Shown here: piece after piece, positions 56,976-64,000 of the stretch
Numbering within the stretch: position 1 is the first letter of the stretch
Layout: every line of letters starts with the position of its first letter
Assembly (NCBI GenBank): GCA_050742975.1
Contig: JBOGDQ010000070.1
Location: 19,889 to 83,888 of the forward strand
Source of the DNA: Jatrophihabitantaceae bacterium
GTDB lineage: Bacteria; Actinomycetota; Actinomycetes; Mycobacteriales; Jatrophihabitantaceae
Direction of reading: 5' to 3'
DNA length: 64,000 nt
Made by a program: the position numbers and the translations under genes
Notes under the pieces: generated by a model
Told to the model about the DNA's origin: nothing
What the model saw: only the letters and a program-made list of their open reading frames with translations
Databases searched by the model: none

Positions 56976-57023
56976 GATCTTCCTGCGCCCGGTAGCGCCC
57001 GTGACGGTACGCGCAGGAAGATC
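56976..57023 (+). repeat. 48-nt palindromic repeat element, copy d
   Basis: GATCTTCCTGCGCCCGGTAGCGCCCGTGACGGTACGCGCAGGAAGATC, 21 nt before ATG 57045. Confidence 0.85.
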
Positions 57024-57044
57024 CGTCAGTTCCTGCGGCTGGTG

Positions 57045-57884
57045 ATGATCGAGCACTCGGTGTTCGCGCTGCCGTTCGCGTACATCGCCGCGCTCACCGC
57101 GATGTGGACGCAGAGCCGCTCGGTGCACTGGGTGCAGCTGCTGCTGATCACCGTCGCGATGGTGTCGGCGCGCACCGTCGCCATGTCCGCGAACCGCATC
57201 CTGGACCGCAACTTCGACGCGCTCAATCCCCGGACGGCGCGGCGCGAGCTGGTGACCGGCGCGCTGAGCGTCCGCTCGGCCTGGGTCGGTACGGCCATCG
57301 CGCTGGCGATCTTCCTGGCGACATGCGCCGCGCTGTCCTGGCTGTGCCTGGCCCTTGCCCCGATCGCGATCTTCCTGCTCGTCCTGTACTCGTACGGCAA
57401 GCGGTTCACGGACTTCCCGCAGGTGCTGCTCGCGTTAGCCCAGTTCGTGGCCCCGGTCGGCGCCTGGATCGCGGTCACCGGCTCGGCGTCATGGGCCGCC
57501 GTCGCGCTCGGTCTCGCGGTCGGCACCTGGATCGGCGGGTTCGACCTGATCTACTCGTGCCAGGACGCCGACGTCGACCGGCAGATCGGCTCACGCTCGT
57601 TCCCGGCCCGCTTCGGCATCCCCGCGGCCTTACGCGCGTCGTCGGTCGTGCACGGCGTGACCTTCGCCGGGTTCGCCTGGTTCGGAGTCGCTGCCGGGCT
57701 CGGCTGGGTGTGGTGGCTCGGCCTCGCGCTCATCGCGGCCGTCCTGGTCTACGAGCACGCGATCGTCCGACCCGACGACCTGTCCCGCGTGAACCGCGCC
57801 TTCTTCACCGCGAACGGCGTGATCGGCATCGGCCTGTTCACGTTCGCTCTCGCCGATCTGCTCGCCCACGGGTTGTCGCGGTGA
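57045..57884 (+). CDS. UbiA-family polyprenyltransferase (menaquinone via futalosine, SCO4491-like)
   Basis: MIEHSVFALPFAYIAAL...NRILDRNFDALNPRTARREL...D-rich motif QDADVD. The frame stays open back to ATG 56850 (ATGA-coupled to ubiD) through the repeats, so the true start is uncertain. Confidence 0.82.
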   Translation: MIEHSVFALPFAYIAALTAMWTQSRSVHWVQLLLITVAMVSARTVAMSANRILDRNFDALNPRTARRELVTGALSVRSAWVGTAIALAIFLATCAALSWLCLALAPIAIFLLVLYSYGKRFTDFPQVLLALAQFVAPVGAWIAVTGSASWAAVALGLAVGTWIGGFDLIYSCQDADVDRQIGSRSFPARFGIPAALRASSVVHGVTFAGFAWFGVAAGLGWVWWLGLALIAAVLVYEHAIVRPDDLSRVNRAFFTANGVIGIGLFTFALADLLAHGLSR

Positions 57885-57951
57885 TCGGCGCGTTTGCACC
57901 CGCTGCGCGCGCCCGCACCGCCCACCCCACGACCACTGCGGGTGCAAAGCC

Positions 57952-58575
57952 GTGAACGGGGAACGGGTGCCGTGGGTGTTCGGGGTGTCCGGGGCATCGG
58001 GCACGGGATACGCGCGCGCGGTGCTCAACGCGCTTCTGGACGCGGGTGAAGCGGTCGACCTGATCGTCTCGCGAGCCGCTCGGCTGACGCTGCTGGACGA
58101 GGTCGGGCTGAGCTTCCGCGACGCGCACTGGCGCGAGGACCTGTCGATCTGGCTCGGGCGCGACCCCGGCAACTCCGTCCACTGGCCGGCGGGCGACCTG
58201 GCAGCAGGCCCGTCGTCCGGCTCCTACCGCACGCGCGGCATGCTCGTCGTCCCGGCGTCGACCGCAGCCGTCGCCGGCATCGCGATCGGACTGTCCAAGG
58301 ACCTGCTCCAGCGCGCCGCCGACGTGACCCTCAAGGAACGCAGGACGCTCGTCGTCGTCCCGCGCGAGACGCCGTACACCCGCGCCACGCTGCAGCACCT
58401 GCTCACGCTGCACGACGCGGGCGCGATCGTCCTGCCCGCGAGCCCGGGGTTTTACAGCGCAGCGAACAGCGTCCAGCAGCTCGTCGACTTCGTCGCGGCC
58501 AAGGTGCTCGACGGGATCGGCGTGGAGCACGACCTGATCACGCGCTGGAGCGGGGATCTGGGCGGCGCGCGGTAA
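57952..58575 (+). CDS. ubiX: UbiX-family flavin prenyltransferase
   Basis: WVFGVSGASGTGYA...MLVVPASTAAVAGIAIGLS...VVVPRETP motifs. Confidence 0.9.
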   Translation: MNGERVPWVFGVSGASGTGYARAVLNALLDAGEAVDLIVSRAARLTLLDEVGLSFRDAHWREDLSIWLGRDPGNSVHWPAGDLAAGPSSGSYRTRGMLVVPASTAAVAGIAIGLSKDLLQRAADVTLKERRTLVVVPRETPYTRATLQHLLTLHDAGAIVLPASPGFYSAANSVQQLVDFVAAKVLDGIGVEHDLITRWSGDLGGAR

Positions 58576-58584
58576 CGTCCGGAC

Positions 58585-59037
58585 GTGGACTCGGTCGACC
58601 GGCAACTGCTCGACGCGCTGCGCACCAACGCGCGCGCCACCTACGCCGAGCTGGCGCGGATCGTCGGCCTCAGCGCGCCCGCAGTGCACGAGCGCGTCGG
58701 GAAGCTCGAGACCGCCGGCGTGATCACCGGCTACCACGCGGCCGTCGCGCCCGAGTCGCTCGGCTACGCGATGAACGCACTGGTCGGCATCTTCATCTCC
58801 GACAGCGCCGATACCGACGAGGTGGCCGCGCAGCTCGCCGCCCTCTCGTCGGTCGAACACTGCTGGTTCGTGGCCGGCGAGGAGACCTTCGTCGTCAAGG
58901 TCCGGGTCCCGGACGTCGCCGGGCTCGAGGCCGCGATCCGCGATCTCAATTCGATGCGCGGCGTCGCTCGTACCCGCACGACCGTCGTCCTGTCCACCAA
59001 GTTCGAGGACCGCGTGCAGGCGGTCGACCAGGACTGA
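58585..59037 (+). CDS. Lrp/AsnC-family transcriptional regulator (full length)
   Basis: HTH LDALRTNARATYAELARIVGLSAPAVHERVGKLETAGVITGY plus a RAM domain. Confidence 0.88.
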   Translation: MDSVDRQLLDALRTNARATYAELARIVGLSAPAVHERVGKLETAGVITGYHAAVAPESLGYAMNALVGIFISDSADTDEVAAQLAALSSVEHCWFVAGEETFVVKVRVPDVAGLEAAIRDLNSMRGVARTRTTVVLSTKFEDRVQAVDQD

Positions 59038-59041
59038 CTGA

Positions 59042-59941
59042 TCAGCGCAGCTGCGCGGCCACCACGTACACCGACTTCTCGCTCCGGCGCCCGGCGGTGG
59101 CGTGCCGTCGGGCAAGCTCGTCGGACTCGGCCAGGTCCGCGACCGCGAAGCCGTGCTTGTCGAGGAAGTCGACAGCGTGCTCGGGCGGCAGGCCGAACGT
59201 CACCGGCTCGCCGATAAGCCGGATCGCCTGCGCAGCCGCACGCCGCACCTGGTCGAACGGGTGCAGGCCGCCGGGCTCGTGCCAGAAGTCCATCGCGAGG
59301 GTCGAGCCCGAACCGCAGATCTCGCGCAGCGTCCCCAACGTCGCGCTGACCGCCAGCCGCGACAGGTACATGCTCACGCCCTCCCAGACGACGAAGGTCC
59401 GGACGCCGACGGTGAACCCCGAGTCCAGCAGCCGGTCGGCCAGCGACTCGGTGCGGAAGTCGATCTCGACACGACGGATGCTGTTGCCCACGAAAAGGTC
59501 CGGATGCGCCGCGACGATCTCGGCCTTGAGCCGCGACAGCGGGGGCAGGTCGACCTCGTGCACCGGACGGCCGCGCAGCTCGTCCGCGAACCGGTAGGCC
59601 CGCGAGTCGTAGCCGGCGCCGAGGACGACGACCTGCTCGGCACCGTCGGCGAGGGCCTTGCCCAGCTGCTCGTCGATGTACCGGTGCCGCAGCAGCACGA
59701 ACGTCGAGATCCCCGCGAGCTCGTGGCGCTCGGCCAGGTGCACGAGCGGGGAGCCGAGCCGCAGCGACTCGAGCACACCGCGGTAGGCCGGCGTGAGGAA
59801 CAGCGGGGCGTACTCGTCGCTGACGATCCGGTCCGCCGGACGCCGGTCCAGCTCGAGCGCGCGCGCCAGCGTCGTCCACTGCGCGGTGGCGCTGGGCCGG
59901 TCGCCGGCGTGCAGCTCGTTCGGCATCAGGGGGATTTGCAT
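59042..59941 (-). CDS. class I SAM-dependent methyltransferase (TIGR00027-like)
   Basis: VVVLGAGYDSRAYRF SAM-binding motif and VWEGVSMYL. Confidence 0.82.
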   Translation of the reverse strand: MQIPLMPNELHAGDRPSATAQWTTLARALELDRRPADRIVSDEYAPLFLTPAYRGVLESLRLGSPLVHLAERHELAGISTFVLLRHRYIDEQLGKALADGAEQVVVLGAGYDSRAYRFADELRGRPVHEVDLPPLSRLKAEIVAAHPDLFVGNSIRRVEIDFRTESLADRLLDSGFTVGVRTFVVWEGVSMYLSRLAVSATLGTLREICGSGSTLAMDFWHEPGGLHPFDQVRRAAAQAIRLIGEPVTFGLPPEHAVDFLDKHGFAVADLAESDELARRHATAGRRSEKSVYVVAAQLR

Positions 59942-60082
59942 GGTGGATCGAGGGTAGGGGATCGCGCCGGGTTCGGCAGACCTTTACGTCCTGTTTACGG
60001 GCTTTCGCGACGTCGCGAGGGACGGGTGCGGCAGCCTGACCTCAGGGCGGGTCGGTACTGGGCCGCACGTACGCTGAACGGC

Positions 60083-61228
60083 ATGGCGCTGACCGAATCC
60101 CGCAAGGCCGAGCTGACCGAGAAGGTCGCCAACCGCGAACGGCTCACCCGCCGGGACGGCGAGGACCTGTACGACTCCGACGACCTGGCCTGGCTCGGTG
60201 GCCTGGCCCACGACGTCCGCACCCGCAAGAACGGCAGCGTCGTCTTCTTCAACGTGAACCGCCACCTGAACCTGACGAACGTCTGCACCGCGTCCTGCGC
60301 GTATTGCAGCTTCCAGCGCAAGCCCGGGCAGAAGGACGCGTACACGATGCGCGTCGAGGAGGCCGTCGAGCTGGCGTCGGCGATGCAGGGCGACGGCCTG
60401 ACCGAGCTGCACATCGTGAACGGCCTGCACCCGACGCTGCCGTGGAAGTACTACCCGCGCGTGCTGCGTGAGCTCAAGGCCGAGCTGCCGGACGTCGCGC
60501 TCAAGTGCTTCACCGCGACCGAGATCCACTTCTTCGAGGAGATCAGCGGGCTGTCCGCGAGCGAGATCCTGGACGAGCTGATCGACGCCGGCCTGGAGTC
60601 GCTGACCGGCGGCGGTGCGGAGATCTTCGACTGGGACGTGCGCAAGCAGATCGTCGACCACAAGACGCACTGGGAGGACTGGTCGCGCATCCACCGCCTC
60701 GCGCACGGCAAGGGTCTGCAGACCCCGGCGACGATGCTGTACGGGCACATCGAGGAGCCGCGCCACCGCGTCGACCACGTCCTGCGGCTGCGCGAGTTGC
60801 AGGACGAGACCGGCGGCTTCCAGGTGTTCATCCCGCTGCGCTTCCACAACGACAACAACCGACTGTCGCACCTGCCGATGGCCCAGCCCGCCGACGTGCT
60901 CAAGACGTTCGCGGTGTCCCGCCTGATGCTCGACAACTTCCCGCACGTCAAGGTGTTCTGGGTGATGCACGGGCTCTCGACCTCCCAGCTCGCGCTGAAC
61001 TACGGTGCGGACGACATGGACGGATCGGTGGTCGAATACAAGATCACCCACGACGCCGACCACTTCGGCACGCCGGACAAGCTGACCCGCGAGAACCTGC
61101 TGGAGCTGATCCGCGACGCCGGGTTCACGCCCACCGAGCGCAACACGCGGTACGAGATCGTCCGCGAGTACGACGGTCCGGTGAGCCTGGCCGAGCGGCG
61201 CGCCGAACCGCAGGCGGTCTGGGCGTGA
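60083..61228 (+). CDS. radical SAM menaquinone (futalosine pathway) enzyme, MqnE/MqnC family
   Basis: CTASCAYC CxxxCxxC cluster, 381 aa. Its position next to UbiD/UbiA/UbiX/AsnC-like genes mirrors SCO4490-4494, where the radical SAM is aminofutalosine synthase (from memory). Confidence 0.82.
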   Translation: MALTESRKAELTEKVANRERLTRRDGEDLYDSDDLAWLGGLAHDVRTRKNGSVVFFNVNRHLNLTNVCTASCAYCSFQRKPGQKDAYTMRVEEAVELASAMQGDGLTELHIVNGLHPTLPWKYYPRVLRELKAELPDVALKCFTATEIHFFEEISGLSASEILDELIDAGLESLTGGGAEIFDWDVRKQIVDHKTHWEDWSRIHRLAHGKGLQTPATMLYGHIEEPRHRVDHVLRLRELQDETGGFQVFIPLRFHNDNNRLSHLPMAQPADVLKTFAVSRLMLDNFPHVKVFWVMHGLSTSQLALNYGADDMDGSVVEYKITHDADHFGTPDKLTRENLLELIRDAGFTPTERNTRYEIVREYDGPVSLAERRAEPQAVWA

Positions 61229-61290
61229 AGACGCCCCGCGACGTTGCTCGCAGGGATGGCACCCTCGCGGGGGCCCAGAAGGAGTCGTCG

Positions 61291-61584
61291 ATGAAGTACC
61301 AGCGCAGTGGCCCCAGCTTCGGGAGCTGGATGGGTTCGATGTGGCTCTACACGATCCTGCGCTTCGCCCTGTTCTTCGCGCTCTGGGGGCTGATGCTGCT
61401 GCTCGGCCTGCACGGTTTCGTCGCAGCGCTCGTCGCGCTCGCGCTGTCGATCCCGCTCGCGCTGGTGCTGCTCGCCGTGCCGCGCGCCCGGTTCGCCGCG
61501 ACCGTCGAGCAGCGGATGAACGCCCATCGCGACGAGCGGGCCCAGCTGGACGCCGAACTCGATCCCGAGCACCGCGACGACTGA
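61291..61584 (+). CDS. DUF4229-like small membrane protein
   Basis: 97 aa with two TMs (LYTILRFALFFALWGLMLLLGL, FVAALVALALSIPLALVLL). GAAGGAG Shine-Dalgarno upstream. Confidence 0.7.
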   Translation: MKYQRSGPSFGSWMGSMWLYTILRFALFFALWGLMLLLGLHGFVAALVALALSIPLALVLLAVPRARFAATVEQRMNAHRDERAQLDAELDPEHRDD

Positions 61585-61586
61585 CC

Positions 61587-61664
61587 GTCCTGATCACGTT
61601 TTCCCCGCGCGTCACCGGTTCGCCGACTCGCAACCGGTGCCCAGCGGGGAAACGTGATCAGGAC
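61587..61664. terminator. 78-nt compound hairpin (21-bp outer stem, 8-bp inner stem) overlapping the RT stop codon; candidate bidirectional terminator or structured RNA
   Basis: GTCCTGATCACGTTTTCCCCGC...CACCGGTT-N11-AACCGGTG...GCGGGGAAACGTGATCAGGAC. It lies between convergent genes. Confidence 0.55.
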
Positions 61665-62974
61665 CAGTCGATCCCGTCGAACGATGCGCGCAGCCGTGCG
61701 CCGAAGGCCGGGTCCAGGCTGTTGGCCCACGACATCCGCCCGAGCAGGCGCTCGCGGAAGTCCTCCGCGCCCCGCGACTGGCCGCGCCAACCGTGCACGG
61801 CGCAGTTGTGCACGATCGCGCGCAGGTTGTCGCGCTCGCGCCGTGGCAGGCTCGGGTGGTCGTTGACCACGGCGCCGAGCGCCTGCTGGCGTCCGGACGA
61901 GCCGAGCACCACGGTCTTGCGCTCGTTGCAGCGAAAGCCCTCCTCGCGCACGATCTGCCCGACGAGCTCGACGAACCGGCTGCGCGCACCACGAAGCGAC
62001 GGGCCACCGCTGAACGTCAGGTCGTCGACGTAGCGGGTGTAGCTCGCGCCGAACGCGCGCGCAAGCCCGGTGAGCCGCCGGTCGAGCGAGAACGCGACCA
62101 GGTTGGCGACGGCGGGGGACGTCGGCGCGCCCTGCGGCAGGTGTGGTGTAGCAAGCCGGCGGCCGAGTTGCCGGTGCGCGTCGCGATCACGCGGAACCGG
62201 GACGTCGCGCCACACGCCCAGCGGAACCGTCGTCGTCATGAGGCCGGTCAACGTGTGCGCGACCGCCTCCGGCAGTCCGGCCGTCCGCAGCACACCCCAT
62301 ACCCGCCCGGCCGCGATCGACGCGAAGAACGTCTCGAGGTCGACGCGGATCACGACCGCCGACCCGGCGTGCGGCTGCACCGCGGTGCGCACCGAGCGGC
62401 CGCGGACGCAGCCGTGCGCCGCGTCGTGGAGGGGGATCGGGTCCAACACGTGACGCAGCAGCCGGCGCTGGATCTCCTTCATCCGCGGCTTCGGGGCGGC
62501 CACCAGGCGCACGCCGTCGCGCTTCGGCAGCGCCCGCCAGCGGTAGTGCCGCAATGGTGCGGCGACCGTCCGCTCGAGCCCGCGCACGTCGGCGAACCAG
62601 TCCAGCTCGCCCGCGTCGAGGTCGAGCAGGCGGGCGAGCGCCGACAGGTCGTCGAGCCGGGCGATCAGACACGGTGACGGCAGGGCGGTGGTCGCGACCG
62701 GCTCCCAGTGCACGATCCGCGGCGAGCGCCGGTGCTGCCAGGCCAGCGCCCACGCCGGCCGGGTCTGCAGGTAGGCAGCGAGCTCGCGCGGTCGGTCGGT
62801 GGGCGGGTCGCGGTAGGCGTCGAGCACCTGGTCGATGAGCGCGCCCACCCAGCGCGGGGCGCGGCGCTGCCCCAGCGCGGCGGTGAGCCGCGAGTGCATG
62901 AGCGGCCGCGTCCACGGTCCGGCGAGCAGCGCGGTAGCCACACCGGCTGCGACCTGCTCGTGGCGAGCGCTCAT
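61658..62974 (-). CDS. retron-like reverse transcriptase with ~170-aa N-terminal extension
   Basis: RT motifs VIRVDLETFFASI, LPQGAPTSPAVANL, YTRYVDDLTFSG, NERKT, ALGAVVN. Start is ATG 62974 (in-frame alternatives at 63064, 63073, 63145). Confidence 0.88.
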   Translation of the reverse strand: MSARHEQVAAGVATALLAGPWTRPLMHSRLTAALGQRRAPRWVGALIDQVLDAYRDPPTDRPRELAAYLQTRPAWALAWQHRRSPRIVHWEPVATTALPSPCLIARLDDLSALARLLDLDAGELDWFADVRGLERTVAAPLRHYRWRALPKRDGVRLVAAPKPRMKEIQRRLLRHVLDPIPLHDAAHGCVRGRSVRTAVQPHAGSAVVIRVDLETFFASIAAGRVWGVLRTAGLPEAVAHTLTGLMTTTVPLGVWRDVPVPRDRDAHRQLGRRLATPHLPQGAPTSPAVANLVAFSLDRRLTGLARAFGASYTRYVDDLTFSGGPSLRGARSRFVELVGQIVREEGFRCNERKTVVLGSSGRQQALGAVVNDHPSLPRRERDNLRAIVHNCAVHGWRGQSRGAEDFRERLLGRMSWANSLDPAFGARLRASFDGIDWS

Positions 62975-63152
62975 GCCGACGGCGCCGAAAGCGCAGCAGT
63001 GAGCAGCGTGCGGCCGACTCTCATGCGGGGGGCGGCGGCAGCCAACCTCTGCCGTGCGCGCCATGAGCTTCATGACGTGAAGGCGATGGCGTGCGACGCG
63101 ATGTCCCGGCGCGATGATCGAGATCCAGGCGACGGCGACACTCACCGGTCGC

Positions 63153-63308
63153 TCAATTCGGCGTCAGCAGCGTGAACGAATCCCATCGCTCGGTGCGCCA
63201 CCGCGACGCCGCGCGCGCCCGTTCCAGCACGACGTGTTCGGCGCCGCTGTCGCTGAGCAGCTTTGCTGACCGCGACCCCCGCGTGGCCGACTCCGATGAT
63301 CAGGTCAC
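63153..63308 (-). pseudogene. N-terminal remnant of a flavin-dependent monooxygenase/oxidoreductase (frameshifted, truncated)
   Basis: Two frames together read ...[14 protein letters not shown] / [36 protein letters not shown], i.e. a GxGxxG dinucleotide-binding start plus the RWDSF.L.TPN pattern. It is cut off at TGA 63155-63153. Confidence 0.7.
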
Positions 63309-63322
63309 CTTACGTTTCTATG

Positions 63323-63340
63323 ATTGCAAACGCTAGCAAT
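63323..63340. promoter_or_regulatory. LacI/GalR-type operator ATTGCAAACGCTAGCAAT
   Basis: 14/18 symmetric positions. The core TGCAAACGCTAGCA fits TGNAANCGNTNNCA. It lies just downstream of the LacI-family gene and upstream of the monooxygenase remnant and RT. Confidence 0.6.
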
Positions 63341-63373
63341 TCGAGGCGCGGCAGATGTCGCTCGGTGAAGTGC

Positions 63374-64000
63374 TCAGCCGCTGCGCACCCTGGGCCTGGC
63401 TGCCGGCCGTGGTGTTGCACGCGCCGATTTGGTGACCGGTACGGGTGGGGGCGCGGCCGTGGAGTTGCGAACGATGAGTTCGAGCGGCAGCAGCACCGAC
63501 TTCGCGGGCACCGTGTCGTCGCGGATCCGGTCGAGCAGCAACTGGGCCGCTTCGGCACCGACCTGATACTGCGGTATGTGCACTGTCGTGAGGCTGGGCC
63601 TGAGCTTGTCGACGATCGGCATGTCGTTGAATCCGACGATGCTGATCTGCTTCGGGCAGACGATGCCGCGCTCGCCGAGCAGGTCGTAGCAACCCAGCGC
63701 GATCAGATCGTTGCCAGCGAGCACCGCCGTGAACTCGACCTTGCGGTCGAAGAGGCGGCCCAGGCACTGGGCACCCTGAATCTCCGTCCAGGCCTCGCAC
63801 TCGACGATAAGGTTGTTGGCGTGCGGGAGCCCTAGATCCCGCAATGCTTGGCGATAGGCCCGGAGCCGGATCTGGCCGGTCGAGGTGAGCTGTGGGCCCG
63901 CCAAATGGGCGATGTAACGGTGGCCGAGGCTGGCCAGGTGGCGTACGGCGAGGTATACCCCTGCGGTGTCGTCGCCAGTCACCGACGGCAGTCCGGGCGC
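63374..64000 (-). CDS. LacI-family transcriptional regulator, C-terminal part (5' end outside window)
   Basis: Periplasmic-binding-fold effector domain pattern ...AVRHLASLGHRYIAHLAGP...RLRAYRQAL...TAVLAGNDLIALG...SIVGFNDMPI...LTTVHIP... The frame is open to the window edge. Confidence 0.85.
   Translation of the reverse strand, partial: APGLPSVTGDDTAGVYLAVRHLASLGHRYIAHLAGPQLTSTGQIRLRAYRQALRDLGLPHANNLIVECEAWTEIQGAQCLGRLFDRKVEFTAVLAGNDLIALGCYDLLGERGIVCPKQISIVGFNDMPIVDKLRPSLTTVHIPQYQVGAEAAQLLLDRIRDDTVPAKSVLLPLELIVRNSTAAPPPVPVTKSARATPRPAARPRVRSG

Noticed and set aside
56877-57023. 48-nt repeats as a mini CRISPR array
   Set aside because: The repeats are internally palindromic over their whole length. 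Spacing is irregular (0 and 24 nt), copies are dispersed singly elsewhere, and there are no cas genes in the window.
55116-57044. Very long N-terminal extension of the UbiA ORF (922 aa as listed)
   Set aside because: The extension overlaps the response regulator (antisense) and ubiD (other frame) and is Arg/Ala/Gly-rich. UbiA homology starts only around 57035. Only the short segment 56850-57044 is kept as an open question.
60005-60018. Perfect 14-bp palindrome TCGCGACGTCGCGA in the divergent methyltransferase/mqn promoter region
   Set aside because: CG-rich short palindromes are expected by chance at this GC content. There is no second copy or known consensus. It is noted only as a low-priority operator candidate.
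62983-63163. Retron-style a1/a2 terminal pairing flanking the RT leader
   Set aside because: Only 7+4 bp with a 3-nt bulge, and the distal arm lies inside the monooxygenase remnant coding sequence (..TPN). This is too weak to call an msr-msd.

Overview
High-GC actinobacterial chromosomal segment, mostly core genes. Gene order resembles M. tuberculosis Rv0482-Rv0500/Rv0524-Rv0529 and Streptomyces SCO3311-3328/SCO4490-4494 (recalled from memory). Content: a PAS-GGDEF-EAL protein; the SOS mutasome cassette imuA'-imuB-dnaE2 with a LexA box; soxR with a divergent SDR-queA pair; murB, mshA, gpmA, senX3-regX3, ppx, proline dehydrogenase/proC and bS22; a BldN-type ECF sigma with its anti-sigma; rex-hemACD-hemB-hemL; the cytochrome c maturation genes resA-like/ccdA/resB/ccsB; a two-component system; and futalosine-type menaquinone genes. 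Many long ORFs in the track are antisense or alternate-frame artefacts of the GC content, and many true starts lie inside the listed ORFs, often coupled by ATGA/GTGA overlaps. Accessory content stands out in four places. (1) A ~5.2 kb integrase-less island at tRNA-Lys, bounded by 47-bp direct repeats. It carries a decayed IS1595 transposase, an orphan Cys-rich protein and an atypical AbiE-like module (AbiEi-like regulator plus nucleotidyltransferase). (2) An orphan retron-like reverse transcriptase with a long N-terminal extension, sitting in the remains of a flavin monooxygenase gene next to a LacI-type operator. (3) A 48-nt palindromic repeat family placed 21-24 nt upstream of three start codons, plus a second, 53-nt palindromic element family. 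(4) A more AT-rich insert carrying an orphan 121-aa gene. No CRISPR arrays or rRNA genes were seen.
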